From a virus (Duplodnaviria > Caudoviricetes): a DNA stretch of 55,665 nt. This document shows positions 1 to 8,302 of this stretch, piece by piece. The notes below the pieces were generated by a model. It was not told the origin of the DNA and searched no databases. It was given only the letters and a program-made list of their open reading frames with translations. Position 1 is the first letter of the stretch; the number at the start of each line of letters is the position of its first letter. The stretch is taken from IMG/VR virus record IMGVR_UViG_3300020156_000035, positions 1 to 55,665 of that record. The stretch is one strand, 5' to 3'. A program made the position numbers and the translations under genes.

Positions 1-127
1 AAAGGATGAACCAACCATGCACGAAAACAACTTTATCATTGTCTCCAACTACAACAACCAGGATGCGGTCGCGTCCCCGGTGATGGACTTTGACCAACTC
101 GCCGCCGAGGGCGTGGAAGGCTTCGGC
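1..127. repeat. Terminal overlap identical to 55539-55665 (circular contig)
   Basis: Exact 127-nt identity between the two ends; it falls inside a CDS, and 127 is a common assembler k-mer length. Confidence 0.95.
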
Positions 128-958
128 CTGCGCCTGGACAACAGCTATGCGGCCAACTACGCCAAGGCCCGCGCCACCAAGCGCGCCGTCTTCGGCGTGT
201 GGCGTCACCGCTGGCAGTGGGACCATGATTATGTCAACAGTGACGACAGTGTGGCCTATCGTGACCGCGCCAAGGTGTCCTTTGCCGAAATTCGCGGGAT
301 TGTGACAACCAACATCCCCGACGCCTTCATTCTGGTGATTGAGAACAAGGACGAATGTACACCGGTCAACCTGTGGAAGACCTTCCGCCATTTGTGCGAG
401 GCGCTGTGGGAAAAGTACCGCGTGCCGGTGCTGGTGTCCACCTCCAAGGGCTTTATCAACGCCTCCTTCGCCCACCAGGGCAGCAACTTGTTTACTGACT
501 GGCTCTCCCGCGAAAACAAAACCAAGGCGGATGCCCGCTTCCCCTTTGTCTGCGTCAACTGGCGCAACGAAGCCAGCACGCCCGCCACGCTGTACATCCC
601 CAACCCGATCCGCAATGTCAAAGACGCGGCAACGGCCCTGCCCGCGCTTGCCCCGACCGAAAACGCCGAGATGAAGGCGGGCAATTCCGACTGGTACGGT
701 TGGGAATTTGGGCGCACCAGCCACCCAGCCGTCACCGGCGGCACGCTGCGGCTGATCCTGCTCAAAGACACCCCGGCGGACGTGTGGCGCTACCTGTGGC
801 CGGACAAGGTGTACCCCGGCCCGTATGCCGGCACAGCCACCCCGCCCCCATCTGACCCCGACCCCGAGACCCCGCCCCCGGCAAGCGCCGTCACGCTGGA
901 AGCCTTCAACGCCCTGGCCGCGCGCGTGGCGGAGCTGGAACGCTGGCGCAGGAGTTGA
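17..958 (+). CDS. C-terminal part of the endolysin: degenerate GH25-like barrel, Pro-rich linker and short coiled tail
   Basis: In frame with the 54802 ORF. IIVSNYN...MDFDQLAAEGVEGFGLR...WYGWEF parallels the GH25 layout but lacks the DxE motif. Confidence 0.7.
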   Translation: MHENNFIIVSNYNNQDAVASPVMDFDQLAAEGVEGFGLRLDNSYAANYAKARATKRAVFGVWRHRWQWDHDYVNSDDSVAYRDRAKVSFAEIRGIVTTNIPDAFILVIENKDECTPVNLWKTFRHLCEALWEKYRVPVLVSTSKGFINASFAHQGSNLFTDWLSRENKTKADARFPFVCVNWRNEASTPATLYIPNPIRNVKDAATALPALAPTENAEMKAGNSDWYGWEFGRTSHPAVTGGTLRLILLKDTPADVWRYLWPDKVYPGPYAGTATPPPSDPDPETPPPASAVTLEAFNALAARVAELERWRRS

Positions 959-963
959 GCGTA

Positions 964-1005
964 ATGCGCCGCGTCATCTCATTTATATGCGGTGATGCGG
1001 CGTAT
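964..1005 (+). terminator. Hairpin after the endolysin gene
   Basis: ATGCGCCGCGTCATC / GGTGATGCGGCGTAT inverted repeat; no clear U-tract. Confidence 0.45.
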
Positions 1006-1009
1006 GCTA

Positions 1010-1038
1010 TTGTATCGAACATAAGTTCGTGCTACGAT
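1010..1038 (+). promoter_or_regulatory. sigma70/SigA promoter with a Gram-positive-type LexA (SOS) box in the spacer
   Basis: TTGTAT-17-TACGAT with extended -10 TG; the spacer holds CGAACATAAGTTCG (GAAC-N4-GTTC) at 1016-1029. Confidence 0.75.
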
Positions 1039-1092
1039 ATTGACAGCATATTGTTAGATTATTGACAGGTTTACGTCATTTATTGGTAAGGG

Positions 1093-2847
1093 GTGCAAAT
1101 GAGCAGAATACGAACACTCATTCCAACGGTGCTGGCGCGCTCTAATTTGCGTTATCTAATGCGCGACTTATTCAGCACGGATCGCACAGCGGGCGCAGTC
1201 AACAACACGCCAGCGGAACCTGGGCCGGGAACCCGCACCGTTACCGACACAGGAAACCAGGTCAGCATTGCCAACGGCGCTGTGCGTTTGGCGGGCGTGT
1301 GCCAGAACAATGACCCATATCTCCGCTATGCGTCCGTACCCCGTGCAGCTGGAACCGTTGGGTATGCCAAATTCAAGATTGCCACCGGCAAGCGCATGAG
1401 TGATGTAGGTTGGATGACCGCTGCCAATGCCACGGCGCACTCCCTTTGGCGCACCGTGGCGGAAAGCGGTGGGGTTATTCAACCGGTATCTACCTCGGGT
1501 TTGTATCTGCTGGACAGTGTTTGGCATGAAATGTGGATGGTGCAGCGTACCAGTGGGTTTTTTCTGTATCTCAATTACGGCAATGGGCCGCGACTGGTCT
1601 TTGTTACCGCGACCGGAAACGGGACCCCGCTGGTGTGGGGATCGCGGGGGTTGGTAACCTATGACCAGGACGCTTCTTTTGATGCCATGCACATCGAAGA
1701 ACTGCCCTGGATACCTGCCCCGCTGGTTTCTGACAGCTTCAACCGGGCCAACGGCGCACCGGGCAGCACGGATGGCGCGGGCGCATCCGAGGCAGGCGGG
1801 GCGGGTGCGGCCTGGACCGATCAGGCGGGGGTGTCTGCCATCGCTACCAATGCGCTGGGTTTCTCCGCCCTGACAGGCGGGGTGGGTATCGCCACGGTAG
1901 ACGCGGGAACGGATCGGGTTTTTGTTCAGGTGGATGTGACCCGCACAGCGGGAAATGCCGGTGTGGTGTTCTGGTACACGGATACCAATAATTATGCCCG
2001 CGCCTATCACGATGGAACCAATGTCAAGGTAGAGGCGGTGGTGGGCGGGTCGGTAGTTGGCACGATCGCCATTGCCGCCACCTACAGCGCGGGGAAATCC
2101 ATCAAGGTGGCGCTGTCCGACTTTGACGCAATTGTCTTTTATGGCGACACCAAGATCAATCAGTACCAAAAATTCACCGGGCTGCCGCTGGGGGCCACCA
2201 AGTATGGCGTATACAGCACCGACACCGGCAATACCTTTGACAACTTCGTGGCGTGGGATGCTGCCCCTGCTGGTGTTGGTCGAACCCCCGCGCTCTCATT
2301 GCCTCGTGTTCACTGCCTCGGGGACAGTATCAGCGCCGGGTATGGGGCGCTGTCGGGGGCGTTGCACAAAAAATTCAACGGCGCGTATGTCGCCGTTGAC
2401 AACGGGCTGGGTGGACAAACCACGGCGCAGATTGCCGCCCGTCTGACCCAGCAGGTGATCAACCAGCGCCCAGCGTGCGTGGTAATCCTGGCCGGGGTCA
2501 ACGATGCAAAATCCAGCATCGCATCGGCAACGATCCAGGCCAACCTGCAAGCCATGTATACCGCCGCCCACAATGCCGGGATACGGGTTGTCGCCGTGAC
2601 CATCACACCCTGGAAAAACGGCACAAACTGGACAGAGGCGCGGCAGACCATTACCGATGAGGTCAACGCCTGGATACTCAACACGGCAACCAATGTGGAT
2701 TACCGCATTGATGCTTATACCGCCCTCGAAGACCCCGGCGCGCCCGATGCGCTGCTGGCGGCTTATGATAGCGGTGATCATACCCACCCATCAGCGGCAG
2801 GCTATACCGCCCTGGCTACCGCCATTTACAATGGCGCGGTGTGGTGA
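1093..2847 (+). CDS. SGNH/GDSL hydrolase fused to beta-rich (lectin/virion-type) N-terminal domains
   Basis: All four SGNH blocks in the C-terminal part: CLGDSIS, GLGGQTT, AGVND, DHTHPS. N-terminal part is rich in G/T/A/V. Confidence 0.85.
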   Translation: MQMSRIRTLIPTVLARSNLRYLMRDLFSTDRTAGAVNNTPAEPGPGTRTVTDTGNQVSIANGAVRLAGVCQNNDPYLRYASVPRAAGTVGYAKFKIATGKRMSDVGWMTAANATAHSLWRTVAESGGVIQPVSTSGLYLLDSVWHEMWMVQRTSGFFLYLNYGNGPRLVFVTATGNGTPLVWGSRGLVTYDQDASFDAMHIEELPWIPAPLVSDSFNRANGAPGSTDGAGASEAGGAGAAWTDQAGVSAIATNALGFSALTGGVGIATVDAGTDRVFVQVDVTRTAGNAGVVFWYTDTNNYARAYHDGTNVKVEAVVGGSVVGTIAIAATYSAGKSIKVALSDFDAIVFYGDTKINQYQKFTGLPLGATKYGVYSTDTGNTFDNFVAWDAAPAGVGRTPALSLPRVHCLGDSISAGYGALSGALHKKFNGAYVAVDNGLGGQTTAQIAARLTQQVINQRPACVVILAGVNDAKSSIASATIQANLQAMYTAAHNAGIRVVAVTITPWKNGTNWTEARQTITDEVNAWILNTATNVDYRIDAYTALEDPGAPDALLAAYDSGDHTHPSAAGYTALATAIYNGAVW

Positions 2848-2878
2848 CGACTGATAATCATCATCCTCGGGTGACCCT

Positions 2879-2980
2879 ATGCCAAAACTCCCCTCCCCCG
2901 AAGCACAGCGCCGCCGGCGGCACGTCCGCCGCGACGCGCCCCGGAAGACGCGCAAGAGCAAACGAACGACTTACAGGTAG
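2879..2980 (+). CDS. Possible 33-aa Arg/Lys-rich peptide
   Basis: MPKLPSPEAQRRRRHVRRDAPRKTRKSKRTTYR fills the gap between two genes; RBS is weak. Confidence 0.3.
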   Translation: MPKLPSPEAQRRRRHVRRDAPRKTRKSKRTTYR

Positions 2981-3006
2981 TAAAGCTATACGCACGAAAG
3001 GAACGA

Positions 3007-4371
3007 ATGGGGAAACACTTTACCGGTGAAGAAATTTACAAGCTAAAATTTGAAACGCAGCCGGCCCTCACCTGGAACCAAATAGCGGAGCGATCCGGCG
3101 AACCATACCACGCCATCCGCAACCGCTGCCGCCGCTACATGAAGCGCCAGGGCGACAAACCAACGGCAGCAGCACCCCCACCGCCCACAGTGGACGGCGA
3201 ACGGGTCAACGACCAGACCGACCACAACACCCGCGAGGTCGAAAGCGCGTCAGGGCGCATCACCACCTTGCAGCAGCTCATCGACTACTGCAAGATCGAC
3301 CTGGCGGAATGGACCATCGAGCGGCACGTGATCAACAAATGGGAAGTTGGGGTCAAGCACCCTGACACCGGGCAGGTCTTGGTTGAACCTCTGTTCCAGG
3401 TCAAAGCAACGCTGGTCAAACGCCACCCGGAGGCGATCAAACCGGTAATCTCCCCCGTTTACATCAACGTAAAATTTAGCACGCCGCCCGAGCGCAAGCG
3501 CGGACTAAAACCCGCGCTGGTGCTGCCCGACCCGCAGTTTGGCTTCGCCCGCGAAATCTTTCACGGAAAATTGACCCCCTTCCATGACCGGCTGGCGCTG
3601 GACGTGGTGCGGCAAATCGCCCAGGTGATCGAGCCGGAGCTGTCGGTGTGGTTGGGCGATCTGGTGGACTTCTCCGGCTGGTCTGATAAATATATCAAGC
3701 AGCCGGAGTTTTATTGGACCACCCAGCCGGCGCTGATTGAAGCCTCCTGGAACATGGCCCGCATCCGGGCGCTGACGCGCGGCGCAGCATACGCCATTCC
3801 GGGCAATCACGATATGCGCCCCGAAACGCAAATCAAAACCCACCTGGTTGAAGCCTACGGGCTGAAAAGCGCCGATCAACTGGACGCGCCGCCGGTGATG
3901 AGCGTGGATAACCTGCTCGGGCTTTCCCGGATGGGCGTGACCTACGTGGAGAGCTACCCCAACGGCGAAGTATGGATCAACGAAACAACCAAGTGCATCC
4001 ACGGCGAAAAGGTGCGCGGGCAGCCGGGGCAGACTGCCGCCGCCGTGGTGCGCGATGCCAACGAAAACACGCTCTTTGGTCATATCCACCGGGCGGAGCT
4101 TGCCACCAAGACCATCCCCACCCGCGACGGCTACCGCAAGGTGACGGCCTACTCTCCCGGCTGTCTGTGCCACGTGGACGGGCGCGTACCGGGCAGCAGC
4201 AAGTCGAACCAATGGCAGCAGGGCGCGGCGGTGATCTGGTATGACGAGCGCGACAGTACCATCGTTCCCATAGATATATTCCGGGGCCGCGCCGTGTATC
4301 AAGGTGAACTGTACCAGGGCCGCGATTACGTCAACCAGCTGCGGGATGATACCTGTTGGGACCAGTTCTAG
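3007..4371 (+). CDS. Calcineurin-like metallophosphoesterase with N-terminal HTH
   Basis: Motifs LPDPQ, LGDLVD, GNHD, IHG, GHIH; N-terminal TWNQIAERSG resembles an HTH. Confidence 0.85.
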   Translation: MGKHFTGEEIYKLKFETQPALTWNQIAERSGEPYHAIRNRCRRYMKRQGDKPTAAAPPPPTVDGERVNDQTDHNTREVESASGRITTLQQLIDYCKIDLAEWTIERHVINKWEVGVKHPDTGQVLVEPLFQVKATLVKRHPEAIKPVISPVYINVKFSTPPERKRGLKPALVLPDPQFGFAREIFHGKLTPFHDRLALDVVRQIAQVIEPELSVWLGDLVDFSGWSDKYIKQPEFYWTTQPALIEASWNMARIRALTRGAAYAIPGNHDMRPETQIKTHLVEAYGLKSADQLDAPPVMSVDNLLGLSRMGVTYVESYPNGEVWINETTKCIHGEKVRGQPGQTAAAVVRDANENTLFGHIHRAELATKTIPTRDGYRKVTAYSPGCLCHVDGRVPGSSKSNQWQQGAAVIWYDERDSTIVPIDIFRGRAVYQGELYQGRDYVNQLRDDTCWDQF

Positions 4372-4375
4372 GCTA

Positions 4376-4404
4376 TTGATCCATCACGCCGCGCATGATA
4401 CAAT
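4376..4404 (+). promoter_or_regulatory. sigma70-type promoter
   Basis: TTGATC-17-TACAAT with extended -10 TG. Confidence 0.7.
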
Positions 4405-4410
4405 GTTTGT

Positions 4411-4790
4411 GACGGGTAACTGTGGGCGACATACCAGGGATGCGCCGCCAAAGTACACGGCATTGTATGTTCCAACCGCGCAAAGAGCGCATCCATGCCC
4501 GCCAAATGCCAGATAAAGACTGTACCCGAGCGAATAGCTTATAATCCCCCGAAAGGCAGCGCCAAAACATGCGCCTCGCCGGGCTTGGGATAACCTAGCT
4601 GGTCGTATGCTGGCATTAGTTCCCCACCACGCCTCTACCCTACGGGCAAGCGCACCGAGGTTCGGCCCCATCTAGTGCAAGGCTGACGTGACCGACTATC
4701 ACGGGGCTTGACGCAGCACCGGTCGGGGTGCTGTTGTCCATTTCTGTGTGAAAACACAAAAAGAGCCAACCTTGCCCGTTGGCTCTTTTT
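4411..4790 (+). ncRNA. Candidate large structured ncRNA (~380 nt), family unknown
   Basis: Lies between a promoter and an intrinsic terminator with no credible ORF. Helices 4438-4445/4487-4494, 4505-4512/4610-4617, 4525-4531/4583-4589; complementary loops 4692-4697/4721-4726. Confidence 0.65.
4758..4790. terminator. Bidirectional intrinsic terminator
   Basis: AAAAAGAGCCAAC-cttgccc-GTTGGCTCTTTTT. Confidence 0.9.
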
Positions 4791-4910
4791 CTCGGCGCTT
4801 CCCAGCGTCCCCGGTTTGCCGTTGACCAGACGGCCAGGATACATTCCGCGCCCAGGATCGCCGGGGGGAAATTTGTGCCTTGCGGCAGCCCCGGTTTACC
4901 TTGGCGCTCG
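4758..4910 (-). ncRNA. Candidate ~150-nt structured sRNA convergent with the larger ncRNA
   Basis: Minus-strand promoter at 4917-4945; TGCC-GCAA-GGCA GNRA hairpin; GGYAAACCGGGG occurs twice; ends at the shared terminator. Confidence 0.5.
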
Positions 4911-4916
4911 CCGTCC

Positions 4917-4945
4917 AGTATAGCAAATCCGGCGCGGGGGTGCAA
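4917..4945 (-). promoter_or_regulatory. sigma70-type promoter
   Basis: TTGCAC-17-TATACT with extended -10 TG on the minus strand. Confidence 0.6.
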
Positions 4946-4981
4946 TACATGCTGATATTGTGCGTGAGATCAGCGCGGTGG

Positions 4982-5446
4982 TCAGGCGTTCTCCCCTCCT
5001 TCTTTTGGCCCCTGCCGGTCGATGATGTGCCGCCAATGCGTTACCCAACTCATATCCAGCGTGGTATCGTAGCAGTTCACCCACCGCCCGCGATACCAGC
5101 AAATCGCTATGGTGTCATACGCGCCGAATGTTTCCACCATACAGCCCCAATCGGGCAGCCGTTCGCTGACGGGTATCCAGCGCGTTGCTTCGCGCAGCCG
5201 GGCGATTTCCTCCTGCTGTTCAAAGATATGCTCATTGAATCGGTTCAGCCGGTCATAGTGGATGGCATATTCCCACAGCACGCCGATCAGCGTTTCGCGC
5301 AAGATAACCGGGTCATCACCCGCCAATGCCTCGCGAAGGTGGACCGGATGGGTTGCCTGATGCTTGCCGACTTTGGTAAGCGTTGTCCCGTTGGGAAATA
5401 GTTCAGCAAACAGCTTGCCGGGTTCAATTTTATCGTCGTTCATCAT
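4982..5446 (-). CDS. DUF551-like phage protein
   Basis: WIPVSERLP...VTHW motif; RBS GGAGG before ATG 5446. Confidence 0.7.
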   Translation of the reverse strand: MMNDDKIEPGKLFAELFPNGTTLTKVGKHQATHPVHLREALAGDDPVILRETLIGVLWEYAIHYDRLNRFNEHIFEQQEEIARLREATRWIPVSERLPDWGCMVETFGAYDTIAICWYRGRWVNCYDTTLDMSWVTHWRHIIDRQGPKEGGENA

Positions 5447-5555
5447 ACCTCCCTTATCATCATATCGCTTCTGTTTGTTTTTTGCTACGATGCCCTGTGG
5501 TGTTCTGATCGTTCCCGGTGTACCCCTACCCATACAAGGGTGTTTCGTGCCATCA

Positions 5556-5631
5556 TGCGGTGACGCATTTGCGGTACTTTCCAGTGTCACCGCATAGCGT
5601 AACCGTTTTGCGGTGACGTTTTGCGGTGACG
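5556..5631. repeat. TGCGGTGAC(G) repeat cluster: candidate centromere (parS-like) or Rep-binding iterons
   Basis: Copies at 5556, 5609 and 5622, a partial copy at 5570 and an inverted copy at 5586; directly downstream of the partition genes. Confidence 0.65.
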
Positions 5632-5646
5632 CATAAAATAAAATTT

Positions 5647-6045
5647 TTAGAGCCTCTGTTTTGAGTTTTTGAAACGCCCGACGATTTCCGGAAACTCCAA
5701 ATGGTTCGGATATCGCATACTTCGGCTCGGTTTCAGGTGGTTCTCAATCGCATCGTCTTTGGTGCTGTTGCGCCCCGTAATCGCCCAAAACACTAACACC
5801 TGACTGGCTGTGATCCCGTATTCCTCTGCCACCCGGAAGGCTTCTTGCCGCAGTTCCAGCGGAATATCAACGTGCATCCGCACCCGCCCACGCTCGTATT
5901 CCAGGCGCTTGCGTTCGTCCGGTTCCATCTCGATAGCGCGCTGCACATCAACGCCCCCCACCGCATCTCGGATGGCTGGCTCAACACCCTCGAAGTCTAT
6001 GTCTAATCGTTCTTCGTCGTCCCGCTTTGACTTTCCCATGTTCAC
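5647..6045 (-). CDS. Small ParA partner, ribbon-helix-helix-like (type Ib centromere-binding protein)
   Basis: Overlaps the parA stop; RVRMHVDIPLELRQEAFRVAEEYGITASQVL fits an RHH pattern. Confidence 0.6.
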   Translation of the reverse strand: MNMGKSKRDDEERLDIDFEGVEPAIRDAVGGVDVQRAIEMEPDERKRLEYERGRVRMHVDIPLELRQEAFRVAEEYGITASQVLVFWAITGRNSTKDDAIENHLKPSRSMRYPNHLEFPEIVGRFKNSKQRL

Positions 6046-6869
6046 CTCACCAGCGTAGAAAGGATTTCGCCCAGGTGCAGGTATCCACCCGTCAGCCCTT
6101 CCGAGTTGATATGTTCGCCGCCGTTCTTGTACCCAATGGCCGATGTCGAGCGCGGGGCGTGTTCCCAGATCGTGCGCCCGTAGGACGGTGCTTCACGGAT
6201 GCGGGTTTCAAACGGGATCGCCGGCAGCACTAGACCTTTCAGCGCCTTTTTGATGTTCTCATGGTTCTTCTCGGTTTCGCCTGTGGTCCGGTCAAACATG
6301 GTCGGCAGTACGCCCACCAACTGCGGGGCTTTGGTGTCCAGGTCGCGCAGCTGCTTGACGCTGTTGAGCACCTCCTTGATACCGTCCATCGCCAGCTTAT
6401 CCAGCTTGACGGGGATGATCAGGAAGTCGCTTGCCATCAGGCCCGACACGTGCAGCACATCGCTACCCGGCGCAAGGTCAAGGATTGCCACGTCAAAACC
6501 TTCAGCGGCTTTGAGGATGCGCTTTGCGACGAATAACCCGAGTTGTCCCTGTACGCTTGTATTCTGCATCAGCGCCGTAATGATGCCCCCGCCCGACTTG
6601 CTGTTGTCGATCAGGTACAGGTTATCGCGCTGGTACTTCTCGCGGCTGGCTGGTCGGATAACCCTGCTCGGTTCTTCCTTGCCGACGATCAGCCGGTACA
6701 GCCCGTCACCCTTTGACAAGCCCAGCGCCAGGGCGCAATGTCCCTGCTGGTCAAAGTCAATCAGCAGCGTCTTTTTGCCGTGCATGGCGAACCACGCAGC
6801 CAGGTTGACCGCCGTGGTCGTCTTGCCGACGCCGCCCTTCAAATTCGCTACACAAATCACCTTCGCCAC
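6042..6869 (-). CDS. parA: ParA/Soj family partition ATPase
   Basis: Deviant Walker A KGGVGKTT, IDFDQQGH, ILDLAP, IREAPSYG. Confidence 0.95.
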   Translation of the reverse strand: MAKVICVANLKGGVGKTTTAVNLAAWFAMHGKKTLLIDFDQQGHCALALGLSKGDGLYRLIVGKEEPSRVIRPASREKYQRDNLYLIDNSKSGGGIITALMQNTSVQGQLGLFVAKRILKAAEGFDVAILDLAPGSDVLHVSGLMASDFLIIPVKLDKLAMDGIKEVLNSVKQLRDLDTKAPQLVGVLPTMFDRTTGETEKNHENIKKALKGLVLPAIPFETRIREAPSYGRTIWEHAPRSTSAIGYKNGGEHINSEGLTGGYLHLGEILSTLVR

Positions 6870-6871
6870 AT

Positions 6872-7027
6872 CTACCTCCTCACCCGATCCCGCTTATTCG
6901 CCTCGCGCCGGACAAACACCCACCCGGCCCGGTTCATCCACACCCCCGTCGCCCCGCACGGGCAGGGCAGGAACATCGCCGTCGTGTCGGCAAACATGCG
7001 GTTGCAGAACGCGCAGACGGGGTTCAT
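6872..7027 (-). CDS. Small Cys-rich protein (51 aa)
   Basis: Manual translation MNPVCAFCNRMF...CPCGATG; overlaps the upstream gene at ATGA. Confidence 0.55.
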   Translation of the reverse strand: MNPVCAFCNRMFADTTAMFLPCPCGATGVWMNRAGWVFVRREANKRDRVRR

Positions 7028-7200
7028 TGGTCACCTTTTGGCGGCGCGCCGTAAATCGCATCATAAAATCCGTCGTTACTTTCTTCCCATTTGCACTCTG
7101 GACAGTCGTAATACTCGCGTCCTTCGCTGTCCTCGTATAGTTCATCACATGGACGCTGGTGCTCCTCGCACCATTCAAACTCAAAATCATCGTTACCCAT
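7024..7200 (-). CDS. Small, very acidic Zn-binding protein (58 aa)
   Basis: Manual translation MGNDDFEFEWCEEHQRPCDELYEDSEGREYYDCPECKWEES...; 19 D/E versus 4 K/R. Confidence 0.6.
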   Translation of the reverse strand: MGNDDFEFEWCEEHQRPCDELYEDSEGREYYDCPECKWEESNDGFYDAIYGAPPKGDQ

Positions 7201-7288
7201 TCCCTATCCTCCTCGCCCTGTTGGGCCTGTTTTGGTTCGTCTAGCCCTCATCTATCATCTATCTATCGTATATATCCCGGTGATCTGC

Positions 7289-8023
7289 CTATTTTTGACC
7301 ACTCTTGACGAGAGTGGGGGAGCGGTAGCGCGTCCACTTCTCACGCACGGCACGCTTCCCCCGTTCCGTGAGGCAAACCATATTTCTTTTCTGGATACGA
7401 ATTGCCATCCCCTGCTCTACCAGATGCGTCTGAAAGTTTTTCAATTCGCCCTGGCTAAACAGCTTCTTTCCCGGGCGGTCGGGGTCTTCCACCCGCGCAA
7501 GGTCATCATAGGTCAGCGGAACCAAGTCACCGGTTGCCGCGTGTTGGTCCACCAGCCGCTTCAACTGGTCCAACTGCGAGGCCCGAACGACCATGTTGAA
7601 CATCGACACCCCGCCGCCGGTCCCGTTGATATGCACCTGCTGATCATTGGCAAAGGTCGGCATCAGCCCGCCGACGATGCGCCCCAGGCGGTCGCGCTTG
7701 ATCGGTTGCAGCTCGTCCGGGGTGGGCGGGACCAATGCCACCGGCTCCGCTTCCTCCACCGCCTCACCCCTCGGCAGGGTGGCGTTGAGCTGCGCCGTGC
7801 GCCACGCCCAGCGCGCGCCCTCGGATGCCATGTACAGCCACGCACCCACCACATAGCCAAACCCGCCGATGGTCCCGGCCGGGGCCAGGGCGTTTGCCAG
7901 CGGGTACGGGCTGTGCTCGAGCACGCCGGCAGCATACCCGCCCGCAAAGGCGAGCACCGTCCCGGCGGCTGGCAAAACCACGGGAACCCATACCGGTACT
8001 TTGTCGATTGCTACAAGTGCCAT
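7289..8023 (-). CDS. Membrane protein with two TM segments and a C-terminal winged-helix-like region
   Basis: Hydrophobic N-terminus; C-terminal HLVEQGMA...LTERGK resembles a wHTH. Confidence 0.65.
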   Translation of the reverse strand: MALVAIDKVPVWVPVVLPAAGTVLAFAGGYAAGVLEHSPYPLANALAPAGTIGGFGYVVGAWLYMASEGARWAWRTAQLNATLPRGEAVEEAEPVALVPPTPDELQPIKRDRLGRIVGGLMPTFANDQQVHINGTGGGVSMFNMVVRASQLDQLKRLVDQHAATGDLVPLTYDDLARVEDPDRPGKKLFSQGELKNFQTHLVEQGMAIRIQKRNMVCLTERGKRAVREKWTRYRSPTLVKSGQK

Positions 8024-8047
8024 TCCTCCGCCTCCCTCCGTGCCGTG

Positions 8048-8302
8048 TTAGTTCACAAACGGCCCCTTTAGCCGCTGCTTGCTGATGCTCTGCTTCTGTT
8101 CCGCTGGCTGCTCAGGCCGTTCGATGTTGGTGTAAACTGTGACCGGCAAAAGCATCCCCATACCGACCATCCCAACGAGAAATCCGGTTTGCATATCGCC
8201 CATCCCGGAAATCGAGCCGCCGACCATCAAAATACCGGCAAGCATCAGCAGGATTGCAACAAGCGTCCAAACCAGCGCGGCAATAACGATAGCGTCTTTC
8301 AT
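8048..8302 (-). CDS. Small two-TM membrane protein
   Basis: Two hydrophobic segments; RBS present. Confidence 0.7.
   Translation of the reverse strand: MKDAIVIAALVWTLVAILLMLAGILMVGGSISGMGDMQTGFLVGMVGMGMLLPVTVYTNIERPEQPAEQKQSISKQRLKGPFVN

Noticed and set aside
1-127. Biological direct terminal repeat
   Set aside because: It lies inside the endolysin CDS and equals a common assembler k-mer length; best read as a circularisation overlap.
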